Shown here piece by piece: positions 8,828 to 16,825 of a DNA stretch of 32,000 bases. The translations under genes and the position numbers were made by a program. This stretch comes from an uncultured Erysipelotrichaceae bacterium. GTDB taxonomy: Bacteria; Bacillota_I; Bacilli_A; Erysipelotrichales; Erysipelotrichaceae. The notes beneath the pieces are model-generated. The model was given only the letters and a program-made list of their open reading frames with translations, did no database searches and was not told the origin of the DNA. Every line of letters begins with the position of its first letter. Position 1 is the first letter of the stretch. The stretch lies in NCBI GenBank assembly GCA_964401865.1, contig CAYNZZ010000007.1, positions 1 through 32,000 on the forward strand, read 5' to 3'.

Positions 8828-9799
8828 TTGAAAAATAATCTAAATAAGATTAAAGCGAAAACATTGCCACTTTTAATGATGATATCTTTATTATTGTTAA
8901 TAGGATTAACATCTTGTGATAACAGTAACAATCAAAGCCCTGATGTCAACAAGACCGATAGTTCTTCAGATAAAACGGAAAATTCAAGTTATGGAATCTT
9001 TGATAACATTGCCAGTATAAAAGTAATAGTCAATGGGACGGATGATAATGGATATTATCCATGTTATTTAACTTTCAATTCAAAGGAAGCTATAAATACC
9101 TTTGTCGATACAATACATATGATAAATGATAATAGCGAAATAGAGCTAAAATATGGAAGTTTTGAAGGAAAGATAGATGATATTGAAGAGTTGAAAAAGC
9201 GAAGACTATTTAATGGAATATCGTTGTCATCGGAAGATGAAAAATATCTAGGTATAAGCTGTGTATCGTTATTAATTGAGTACGATGACAATCGCAAACC
9301 TTCAAAAGTATGTGAATTTATTGATGGATATACTGATGTTTTTGAAGACGGTGATGGAATTAAAATCGTATATGATAGTCAAATAACTTATCTAGAAAAT
9401 AAAGATGATTTAATAATCAACGAAGTTGTTCAAATGATTAAAAACCATCTGCATTATGTGCAAATATATGACTATGATGGTAATTATGAATATACTAGAT
9501 TTCTTAATCCTCTACATGTTGAAACCGATGAATATACGATTGAGAGTGATCATTTCTTTCAAGCATTCTTAACGGATTATTGGATTGATTATATTTCTAA
9601 ACATAATTTCACAATATATAAATATAATAAAATCATTGGCGAATTGCCTGAACCAGATGGCGAGATAACTCAAGATATATATTTGGATGATGAAAATGGA
9701 AATATCTTTCAATATGCGTATGACAGAAAAGACAACATGAGATGTACAGTCGATAAAGAAAATGACAGCAAGTATTACTGTGAATATGAATCAGAATAG
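8828..9799 (+). CDS. hypothetical lipoprotein
   Basis: TTG start 8 nt after GAGG (8816-8819). The signal peptide has a lipobox (LLLIGLTSC-DN). The mature part is D/E/N/Y-rich with no recognised family. Confidence 0.7.
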   Translation: MKNNLNKIKAKTLPLLMMISLLLLIGLTSCDNSNNQSPDVNKTDSSSDKTENSSYGIFDNIASIKVIVNGTDDNGYYPCYLTFNSKEAINTFVDTIHMINDNSEIELKYGSFEGKIDDIEELKKRRLFNGISLSSEDEKYLGISCVSLLIEYDDNRKPSKVCEFIDGYTDVFEDGDGIKIVYDSQITYLENKDDLIINEVVQMIKNHLHYVQIYDYDGNYEYTRFLNPLHVETDEYTIESDHFFQAFLTDYWIDYISKHNFTIYKYNKIIGELPEPDGEITQDIYLDDENGNIFQYAYDRKDNMRCTVDKENDSKYYCEYESE

Positions 9800-9907
9800 T
9801 GCATAAATGCATTATTAAGATTATGAAAAGGCAAAAGGTAATATCGAATCAGCAATATACCATTGTGGTGCATAAGCATAACAATAAATATAGATATATT
9901 GCAAAAT

Positions 9908-9958
9908 AAGCACTATTAAGACATTTTTAATGATTTAAAAGTGCTTTTGTTTTTGTTT
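9908..9958 (+). terminator. probable terminator after the lipoprotein gene
   Basis: aagcact (9908-9914) pairs with agtgctt (9940-9946). An inner attaa/ttaat pairing is possible. It is followed by ttgtttttgtttt. Confidence 0.45.
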
Positions 9959-10287
9959 TGAAAAGTTTTGTTAATTTTGTTGAAAGCGAAATTGACAATG
10001 AAAGAGTACTGGTTATTTCGCAAAATGATGTAACAAAGCGAAATGTGCTCAGATATTTGGATATTTCTTATGCTGGGAACCACGAATACGATATTGGTGA
10101 AGCTATGTGGGAAAATGATTATTGGGCATTGCTTATGGAATATGATTATATTTATATTTGTGACTACGACGAGTCGTTTATTCATTTTTGGGAAATGACC
10201 ACAACAGCAGAATTAAAGATGGATCATTTTTATAAAATAGAATGTGATGAAATGTACAACGCAGTTATAACGGAAATTGGTTTTTGA
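9958..10287 (+). CDS. doubtful small hypothetical protein (109 aa as called)
   Basis: The called TTG start lies inside the T-tract of the preceding hairpin and has no RBS. The first ATG is at codon 49 (MWENDYW...). No family recognised. It may be shorter, a gene remnant, or non-coding. Confidence 0.3.
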   Translation: MKSFVNFVESEIDNERVLVISQNDVTKRNVLRYLDISYAGNHEYDIGEAMWENDYWALLMEYDYIYICDYDESFIHFWEMTTTAELKMDHFYKIECDEMYNAVITEIGF

Positions 10288-10318
10288 GTTAGTGAATTTA
10301 TTGGCTAAATTGCAGGGC

Positions 10319-10327
10319 TGTTATAAT
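10319..10327 (+). promoter_or_regulatory. candidate extended -10 promoter (distal) for sugar ABC operon 1
   Basis: TGtTATAAT is a perfect match to the extended -10 consensus. No good -35 is present. Confidence 0.35.
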
Positions 10328-10366
10328 GAGAAAGCTTGAGGATTTAATAGTGTAGTATAAACAATA

Positions 10367-10394
10367 TTGAAATCGCTTACAGATAGTGTATAAT
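10367..10394 (+). promoter_or_regulatory. candidate sigma-A promoter (proximal) for sugar ABC operon 1
   Basis: TTGAAA (10367-10372), 16-nt spacer, TATAAT (10389-10394). A 6-bp hairpin, atgtgg/ccacat (10400-10416), lies in the leader just before AGGAGG. Confidence 0.55.
10368..10381. promoter_or_regulatory. cre-like catabolite-responsive element
   Basis: TGAAATCGCTTACA fits every specified position of the CcpA cre consensus TGWNANCGNTNWCA. It overlaps the -35 of the proximal promoter. Confidence 0.6.
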
Positions 10395-10427
10395 TAATAA
10401 TGTGGAAAACCCACATAGGAGGAAAAA

Positions 10428-11573
10428 ATGAAAAAACTATTCACACTATTGGTTTCTTTATTATTAGTAGTTGGTTTAGTAGGTTGCTCAAACAGCAATA
10501 ACAACAACCCAACAACTAAAACTGATGAACCAAACTCTGATCTTAAAACGATTTATGTAATGGGTCCTACACCTGACCATGGTTGGACTGCTCAAGCTGG
10601 TTCTTATGCAGAAGCTCGTGTAAAAGAGATTGTTAAAGAAGGAAAATATAACGCTCAATACATTCCAGCTGCTTCTGGTGAAGAACAAGTTGACCAAATT
10701 CAAACAATCATTGCTAATGGTGATGCTGCCGGTGTAGTTATGATGGCTCTTGATGATACAGCTCAAGCTGGTCAAGAAGCATTATATGCTGAAGGTATTC
10801 CATTCATTTCATTCGATAGAATTATCGAAGCAACTGAAAAATACGCTGCGTTAAACTACTCTGGTGATAACTGGGCAGTCGGTGCTGGTATTGCTTATTG
10901 GTGCTTAGAAAACGGTATGGAACCTGGCGATGTAGTTGTTACTCTATGGGGTGATAATGGTACAGTTTGTACACGTCGTCAAGCTGGTTTTGAAGAATAC
11001 TTAAAGGGCGAAAGAGAATATTTTGATGCTCATGAAGGTGTATCTCACAAAATCGAAACTCCTTGGACTGAAGAAGAAGTTAGTGCTCTAGTATCTAAAT
11101 ATTCTAAAGTTGTTGATCCTAACTGGTCAGCAGATGGTGCTTATTCTTACTTAGAAACTCAAATTGATGCAATCGTTAATGATGCAACTGCTGCTACTGG
11201 TAAGTTATATGTTTATTCAATGGATGACGAAATGACTTTCGGTTTCATGAACTTATTAGAAGGTAACTCAGTAAGCGATGATACTAAAGCTAAATTAGAA
11301 GCTCTTGATGTATATGTATCTGCAATTGGTGGTATGGCTGAATTATATGCAGTTATTGATGGTACAAGTGCTCAAGCTCCAATTGCTCAACAGTACTTTG
11401 ATGGTTTGATGTCTATGAACTTCAATCCTAATATGATGATCAATGCTGTTAACTTCATGGTTGATTACTTAGAAGGTAACTGGTCATATAAACAAGGTGA
11501 TGGTACTTACTCTGAAACTTGGGTAGTAGATGCAAATAATGTATCTCAATACGAAGGTTTCGCTGGTCACTAA
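10428..11573 (+). CDS. sugar ABC transporter substrate-binding lipoprotein (type I periplasmic-binding fold, CUT2-type)
   Basis: Lipobox LVVGLVGC-SN followed by an N/T-rich linker. A ~340-aa domain has PBP1-like segments (IYVMGPT..., ISFDR, VYVSAIGG). It is the first gene of an operon with a CUT2 ATPase and permease. Confidence 0.9.
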   Translation: MKKLFTLLVSLLLVVGLVGCSNSNNNNPTTKTDEPNSDLKTIYVMGPTPDHGWTAQAGSYAEARVKEIVKEGKYNAQYIPAASGEEQVDQIQTIIANGDAAGVVMMALDDTAQAGQEALYAEGIPFISFDRIIEATEKYAALNYSGDNWAVGAGIAYWCLENGMEPGDVVVTLWGDNGTVCTRRQAGFEEYLKGEREYFDAHEGVSHKIETPWTEEEVSALVSKYSKVVDPNWSADGAYSYLETQIDAIVNDATAATGKLYVYSMDDEMTFGFMNLLEGNSVSDDTKAKLEALDVYVSAIGGMAELYAVIDGTSAQAPIAQQYFDGLMSMNFNPNMMINAVNFMVDYLEGNWSYKQGDGTYSETWVVDANNVSQYEGFAGH

Positions 11574-11598
11574 AATCATAATTAATTAATTAATTGAT

Positions 11599-11629
11599 GG
11601 GTGCGGTGCTTAACCGTACCCGTTTTTTT
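11599..11629 (+). terminator. intra-operon terminator or attenuator after the binding-protein gene
   Basis: gggtgcgg (11599-11606) pairs with ccgtaccc (11614-11621), including one G-U pair. It is followed by gttttttta, 15 nt before the ATPase RBS. Confidence 0.75.
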
Positions 11630-11644
11630 AAAAGGAGATAAATT

Positions 11645-13138
11645 ATGAATATATTGGAAATGACAAATATCTCTAAATCTTTCGGCGGTGTAAAGGCATT
11701 ACAAAATGTTCATTTGACGGTCAAAGAGGGAGAAATATGTGCTCTTATGGGCGAAAATGGGGCTGGTAAATCAACATTGATGAATGTTTTGACTGGCGTT
11801 ATTCCCCCTGACACTGGAATTATACAATTTGATGGTAAAGTGTATGACAATCCCACCATCAGTCAGATGGAGAATGCAGGCATTGCCTTTGTTCATCAAG
11901 AATTAAATGTAATAAACGATTTAACTGTTTATGAAAATATCTTTTTAAATCGTGAATTAAAGACAAAATTAAATCTTCTTGATTCAAAGAAGATGATTAA
12001 AGAAACAAATGAGTTGTTTGAAAGTTTGGGAGTCAAAATCGATCCATGTGAAATGGTTTCTTCTTTAAAAACCAGCGAAAAGCAATTGCTGGAAATATGT
12101 CGCGCTTTGCATATGGATGCCAAGCTTCTTATTCTTGATGAACCAACAACATCTCTATCTAATGAAGAAATTGAACATTTATTTTCAATTCTAAGAAAAA
12201 TGAAGGAACAAAATAAATCTTTTATCTTCATATCTCATAAAATGCCAGAAATATTCTCTATTGCGGATAGTTATACAGTATTTAGAAATGGTACATTTAT
12301 ATCTAGTGGTAAGATTAAGGATACAAATCCTAATAAGATGACATCAGAGATGACAGGCACTGCTTATAATGAGGAAAGCGTTTATAAGAGTCGTGAATTT
12401 GGCGATGTAGTGTTAAGGGTTGTGAATTTATCTGGTGAAGGGTTTAATGATGTAAATATCGAACTTCATAAAGGTGAGGTGTATGCTTTGACTGGTTTAG
12501 CGGGATGTGGAGCATCTGAACTTATGCACACATTGTTTGGCGCTTTGCCGATCGAGGGCGGATACATCGAAGTCAATGGTAAGAAGATAAAGGGAAACAT
12601 TAAGAGTTTTATGAAGAATAAAATTGCTATGCTTCCAAGTAATAGAAAAGAAAATTCTGTTGTACAAGATTTATCGATCTTGGAGAATATGTATCTTGCT
12701 GAACACCGTATTTCCGAAAATAAACAATTGATTAAAAATAGCGAAGAATTAAAGCGTTATGATAAACAAAAAGAAGCACTTAAGATTAAGGCTGATAAAT
12801 GTAGCGATTCTATTAATTCATTGAGTGGCGGTAATCAGCAGAAAGTATTTTTAGCACGTTGGCTTAACACTGAAGCTGATGTATTGTTGTTCGACAATCC
12901 AACACAAGGTGTTGATGTCGGAGCCAAGGCCGAGATCTATCAATTGATTATGAAATTTGCCAACGAAGGTAAATCCATCATCATTAATACACTAGAAATT
13001 CCGGAAATTATGAAGGTTGCAGATCGCTGTGCAGTTTTATATGAAGGAAAAATTACTAGAATATTCAATCATGATGAAATCAATGAAAAGGATGTCATGA
13101 TGTATTCAACAAATGCCATCAATATGAAGGGAGAATAG
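11645..13138 (+). CDS. sugar ABC transporter ATP-binding protein, tandem NBDs (CUT2 family)
   Basis: NBD1 has Walker A GENGAGKST and Walker B LLILDEPT. NBD2 has the signature LSGGNQQK but Walker A GLAGCGASE and Walker B VLLFDNPT. RBS AAAGGAG lies upstream. Confidence 0.93.
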   Translation: MNILEMTNISKSFGGVKALQNVHLTVKEGEICALMGENGAGKSTLMNVLTGVIPPDTGIIQFDGKVYDNPTISQMENAGIAFVHQELNVINDLTVYENIFLNRELKTKLNLLDSKKMIKETNELFESLGVKIDPCEMVSSLKTSEKQLLEICRALHMDAKLLILDEPTTSLSNEEIEHLFSILRKMKEQNKSFIFISHKMPEIFSIADSYTVFRNGTFISSGKIKDTNPNKMTSEMTGTAYNEESVYKSREFGDVVLRVVNLSGEGFNDVNIELHKGEVYALTGLAGCGASELMHTLFGALPIEGGYIEVNGKKIKGNIKSFMKNKIAMLPSNRKENSVVQDLSILENMYLAEHRISENKQLIKNSEELKRYDKQKEALKIKADKCSDSINSLSGGNQQKVFLARWLNTEADVLLFDNPTQGVDVGAKAEIYQLIMKFANEGKSIIINTLEIPEIMKVADRCAVLYEGKITRIFNHDEINEKDVMMYSTNAINMKGE

Positions 13139-13140
13139 GT

Positions 13141-14238
13141 GTGAATAAAAATAGTGGATTAAAGGCTACGCTTTCTAAGTTGTGGTCAAATTATAGTTAT
13201 ATATTCGTTTTCTTACTAATTTTGATTGTTTATGCCGTGGTTATCGGCAATAATGGTCAAACATTCAATACTGGACATGTTTCGACAATTTTAGCCAGTC
13301 AGTACACGGTTATTGTCGGAACAATAGCTTTAGGTATGTCCTTAATCATCATTACAGGACAAATTGATTTATCGGTTGGTTCAACATTGGTCATTACAAC
13401 TGCGAGTGCGATCATGGGTTATAACCTAACTGGCGGAAGTATTGTTGTGATGGTGTTGGCTGCCATATTATCTGGTTTTATCTGCGGTTTAATTAATGGT
13501 TTATTTGTTGGTTTAGCTAAGATGCCACCATTCATTGTTACATTAGGTACTATGCTTATCTATCGTTCATTGGCATTATCTTTTGTAAATAGTAGATTTG
13601 ATTTTAATGAAGCGGCAGGTATTTCGAGTGGCCAGTTTAAATTGCTCAATACATTTGATTCTTACGAATTAATTCGTATGCAATTTGGTTCAGGTTCTTT
13701 AAACATCTTAGGATTCAAAATACCTTATATCACAATATTATTTATCCTGCTTACTGCTTTGTTCATTGTAATTACTCAAAAAACTAAATATGGTAAGAGC
13801 GTCTATGCAGTAGGTTCTAATGAAAAGGCTGCCAGACTTACTGGTATCAATGTGACCGGTGTTAAAATGTCAGTATTTATTATTACCGGTGTATTGGTTG
13901 GTATTGCCGGTGTTATGCAAGCTTGTAAGATGTCTAATGTCAATCCGGCTTCTTCTGGACAATCATATGAAATGTACGCCATTGCTTCTGTAGTGCTGGG
14001 TGGAGTTTCGATGTCAGGCGGACGCGGAAAGCTTCTAGGTGTTTTATTTGGTGCTATGTCATACTGTACAGTAAATACTATTATTTCTATTTCCGGCCTT
14101 CCTATCACCATGCAAGATGCATTCCAAGGTATTGTATTAATTGCTGTTATTTTCATTCAAACTGTTTCACCTATTATTAAGGAAAAGATAGATCAGCATC
14201 AGAAACGTAAATTAAATTCAAGCGTAGGAGAGAAATAA
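13141..14238 (+). CDS. sugar ABC transporter permease (RbsC/MglC-like)
   Basis: GTG start 2 nt after the ATPase stop, with GGGAGA upstream. It is multi-pass hydrophobic with typical segments GQIDLSVGS, PPFIVTLGTM, YAVGSNEKAARLTGINV and VVLGGVSMSGGRG. Confidence 0.9.
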   Translation: MNKNSGLKATLSKLWSNYSYIFVFLLILIVYAVVIGNNGQTFNTGHVSTILASQYTVIVGTIALGMSLIIITGQIDLSVGSTLVITTASAIMGYNLTGGSIVVMVLAAILSGFICGLINGLFVGLAKMPPFIVTLGTMLIYRSLALSFVNSRFDFNEAAGISSGQFKLLNTFDSYELIRMQFGSGSLNILGFKIPYITILFILLTALFIVITQKTKYGKSVYAVGSNEKAARLTGINVTGVKMSVFIITGVLVGIAGVMQACKMSNVNPASSGQSYEMYAIASVVLGGVSMSGGRGKLLGVLFGAMSYCTVNTIISISGLPITMQDAFQGIVLIAVIFIQTVSPIIKEKIDQHQKRKLNSSVGEK

Positions 14239-14239
14239 T

Positions 14240-15286
14240 ATGATAAGAATCGGTGTTATTGGTTGTGGCAAAATTGCTCAAGTAAGACATATCCCTGAAT
14301 ATTTAGACAATCCGGAATGTAAGCTGGTTGGCTTATTTGATGTAAATATTGATAGAGCTAGAGAATTAGCTGCAAAATTTGGTGCTAAAGCTTATAATTC
14401 ATATGAAGAATTATTGGCTGATGAAAATATTGATGCTGTAAGTGTTTGCACAAATAATGCTACACACGCCGAAATAACAGTTAAAGCCTTAAATGCGAAA
14501 AAACATGTCCTATGTGAAAAGCCAATGGGAATTACATTAGAAGAATGTGAAGCCATGGTTAAAGCTAGTCACGATAATGGTCGTTATCTAATGATTGGTC
14601 AAAATCAAAGACTTGCAAAGGCGCATATAGTTGCACGTGATCTAATCGCTAGTGGCAAACTTGGAAAAATATTGACATTCCGTACTACATTTGGTCATGG
14701 CGGTCCTGAAACATGGTCTATCGATCCTGGTAAAAATACTTGGTTTTTTGATAAGACAAAAGCATCGATGGGAGTTATGGCTGATTTAGGAGTTCATAAG
14801 ACTGATGCAATTCAATATATCTTAGGAGCAAATGTCGTAAAGACAAGTGCTACTTTAACTACTCTTGATAAAAGAGATAGTGAAAACAATCTAATTGGTG
14901 TTGATGATAACGCTATATGTATATATACATTAAGCAATGGTACAATTGGTACAATGACTGCATCGTGGACTTATTATGGTGCCGAAGACAATTCAACTAT
15001 TATCTATGGTACGAATGGTATCTTAAGACTTTATGACGATGCAGAACACAGTGTTAAATGGGTTCATACTGATGGAAGTGTTGAATATCTTGAAGCTGAT
15101 CAGATTCAAACTAACGATAATCAAACTAAATCAGGAATTATCGATGCATTCATCGAATGCTTGGTAAACAATCATGAACCTGCAATTTCTGGTGATTCTG
15201 TTTTATCGGCAATGCGTGCTGTATTTGCGTCAATCGAGTCATCAGATATTCATAAAGAAGTAGTCATTGAAGCGAATAAGGAGTGA
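14240..15286 (+). CDS. Gfo/Idh/MocA-family NAD(P)-dependent oxidoreductase
   Basis: N-terminal Rossmann motif IRIGVIGCGKIAQ and the family EKP motif (VLCEKPMG). 348 aa. The ATG lies 1 nt after the permease stop. Confidence 0.9.
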   Translation: MIRIGVIGCGKIAQVRHIPEYLDNPECKLVGLFDVNIDRARELAAKFGAKAYNSYEELLADENIDAVSVCTNNATHAEITVKALNAKKHVLCEKPMGITLEECEAMVKASHDNGRYLMIGQNQRLAKAHIVARDLIASGKLGKILTFRTTFGHGGPETWSIDPGKNTWFFDKTKASMGVMADLGVHKTDAIQYILGANVVKTSATLTTLDKRDSENNLIGVDDNAICIYTLSNGTIGTMTASWTYYGAEDNSTIIYGTNGILRLYDDAEHSVKWVHTDGSVEYLEADQIQTNDNQTKSGIIDAFIECLVNNHEPAISGDSVLSAMRAVFASIESSDIHKEVVIEANKE

Positions 15287-15290
15287 TTTT

Positions 15291-16205
15291 ATGCAAATGG
15301 GTTTAGTAAGTGCCATCCTTGATGGTTGGACATTTGAAGAAATGATTGACACAGTATCCGAAATGGGATTTGAATGTGTAGAAGTTGCCTGTTGGCCACA
15401 AGGTAAGGCTGAAAGACGCTATGCCGGAGTTAGCCATATTGATGTCGATAATACATCAAAAGAATATATTGATTATATCTTGAACTATTGTAAAAAGAAA
15501 AATGTTTCTATTTCATCTTTGGCTTTCTATCCAAATACGATGGATTCAAATTTAGAAAAAAGAAAGGCCAATATTGAACACCTAAGAAAAGTCATTAAAT
15601 TTTCATCTCTATTAGGTGTTAATATGGTTACTACTTTTATTGGTCGTGATCAGAACAAATCGGTTGAAGAAAATATTGAATTATTTAAGGAAATATGGCC
15701 AGATATTATTAAATATGCCGAGGAGTTAAAAGTTAGAGTTGCAATCGAAAACTGTCCAATGCTATTTGGAGAAGATCAATGGCCAGGCGGTCAGAACTTG
15801 ATGACAACTCCATCAATTTGGCGCAGATTATTTGCAATTATTGATTCTCCGTATTTTGGCATTAACTACGATCCAAGTCATTTTGTATGGCAACAAATTG
15901 ATTATATTAAACCAATTTACGAGTTCAAAGATAAGATATTTCATGTTCACTACAAAGATATTAAACTATATCAAGATCGCTTGAATGATGTTGGTGTTAT
16001 GGCATATCCTTTAGAATACATGTCACCAAAACTTCCTGGCTTAGGTGATGTCGATTGGGGAAAATATGTTTCAGCTCTAACTGATATTGGTTTTGAAGGT
16101 CCAACTTGTATTGAAGTAGAAGATAAGGCTTTTGAAACAAGCAAGGAAAGAATTTTAGATAGTATTAGATTATCTAAACGTTATTTAGATCAGTTTGTCA
16201 TCTAG
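15291..16205 (+). CDS. xylose-isomerase-like TIM-barrel protein (annotated class: sugar phosphate isomerase/epimerase)
   Basis: The track start 15267 lies inside the upstream gene. ATG 15291 follows AAGGAG (15278-15283). 304 aa with family-like segments VRVAIEN, NYDPSHF, FHVHYKD and CIEVED, which are putative metal-ligand strands. Confidence 0.85.
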   Translation: MQMGLVSAILDGWTFEEMIDTVSEMGFECVEVACWPQGKAERRYAGVSHIDVDNTSKEYIDYILNYCKKKNVSISSLAFYPNTMDSNLEKRKANIEHLRKVIKFSSLLGVNMVTTFIGRDQNKSVEENIELFKEIWPDIIKYAEELKVRVAIENCPMLFGEDQWPGGQNLMTTPSIWRRLFAIIDSPYFGINYDPSHFVWQQIDYIKPIYEFKDKIFHVHYKDIKLYQDRLNDVGVMAYPLEYMSPKLPGLGDVDWGKYVSALTDIGFEGPTCIEVEDKAFETSKERILDSIRLSKRYLDQFVI

Positions 16206-16213
16206 ATAAAAAT

Positions 16214-16252
16214 AAATGGCACTTACTCGTAATCGAGCAGGTGCCATTTTTT
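16214..16252 (+). terminator. rho-independent terminator ending sugar operon 1
   Basis: aaatggcac (16214-16222) pairs with gtgccattt (16241-16249), with an inner ctcg/cgag pairing, followed by ttt. Confidence 0.8.
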
Positions 16253-16425
16253 GAACAGTATGCTAAAGCGTCATATAATGCAAGTGAATTTTAAGCAATG
16301 ATAGACAATGGAATAAGATAAAATTTTTTCTTAAAAAAAATATTTCATAAGGTAAGCGCTTAGATGGGATACTTTTATTTTAATTCAAAATAAATAAGGT
16401 ATAATTTATACGGAGGTACTTCAAA

Positions 16426-16632
16426 GTGAAAACTAATCTTATAGTTGAAGCCGAAGGCAATAGTTTTGATATTACCGGGCTTGAAAAACGTGTAAAAGAA
16501 GAAATTAAACTTCAAGGTGTTTTAGTTAAAGATATTTCATCAATCAATCTTTATGTTCAACCAGCTACAGGTTTATGCTACTATGTGGCAAGTGTTAAAG
16601 ATCAAAGTGTTGAAGGAAAAATAGAGCTTTAA
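16426..16632 (+). CDS. small hypothetical protein (68 aa)
   Basis: GTG start 8 nt after GGAGG (acGGAGGtacttcaaaGTG). A TATAAT box lies ~25 nt upstream. No family recognised with confidence. Confidence 0.55.
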   Translation: MKTNLIVEAEGNSFDITGLEKRVKEEIKLQGVLVKDISSINLYVQPATGLCYYVASVKDQSVEGKIEL

Positions 16633-16704
16633 GCCTTTGTTTAATCTGCTATTTTAACTAATTATTTTGTTTTAAAAACAGGGTAAATATGGTAACATTT
16701 AAGT

Positions 16705-16773
16705 GTTATACAACTGACGGAATAGTGGATTACCACATGGGAGTATAATTTTAAGGAGTCGACCGTCTGGGCC
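16705..16773 (+). promoter_or_regulatory. ZTP (pfl-motif) riboswitch aptamer, second copy
   Basis: P1 is ttatac (16706-16711) paired with gtataa (16743-16748). The core is ACTGACGGAATAGTGGATTACCAC (16713-16736) with a GTGG/CCAC hairpin. The 3' module is GTCGACCGTCTGGGC (16758-16772). It shares the ACTGACGGAA, ACCAC and CGACCGTCTGGGC blocks with the 866-938 copy. Confidence 0.85.
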
Positions 16774-16801
16774 ATTGTCTGGGATAGGTGACTCTTTTTT
16801 A
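16756..16801 (+). terminator. intrinsic terminator acting as the riboswitch expression platform
   Basis: gagtc(g)acc (16756-16764) pairs with ggtgactc (16787-16794), followed by tttttt. The 5' arm overlaps the aptamer 3' module. Confidence 0.75.
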
Positions 16802-16825
16802 TTTATTGAGAAAGGAAAAAAGAAA

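Noticed and set aside
16775-16825. Longer N-terminus for Fhs ([17 protein letters not shown]...)
   Set aside because: It would be translated from the riboswitch terminator stem and T-tract. ATG 16826 gives the canonical Fhs length and N-terminus.
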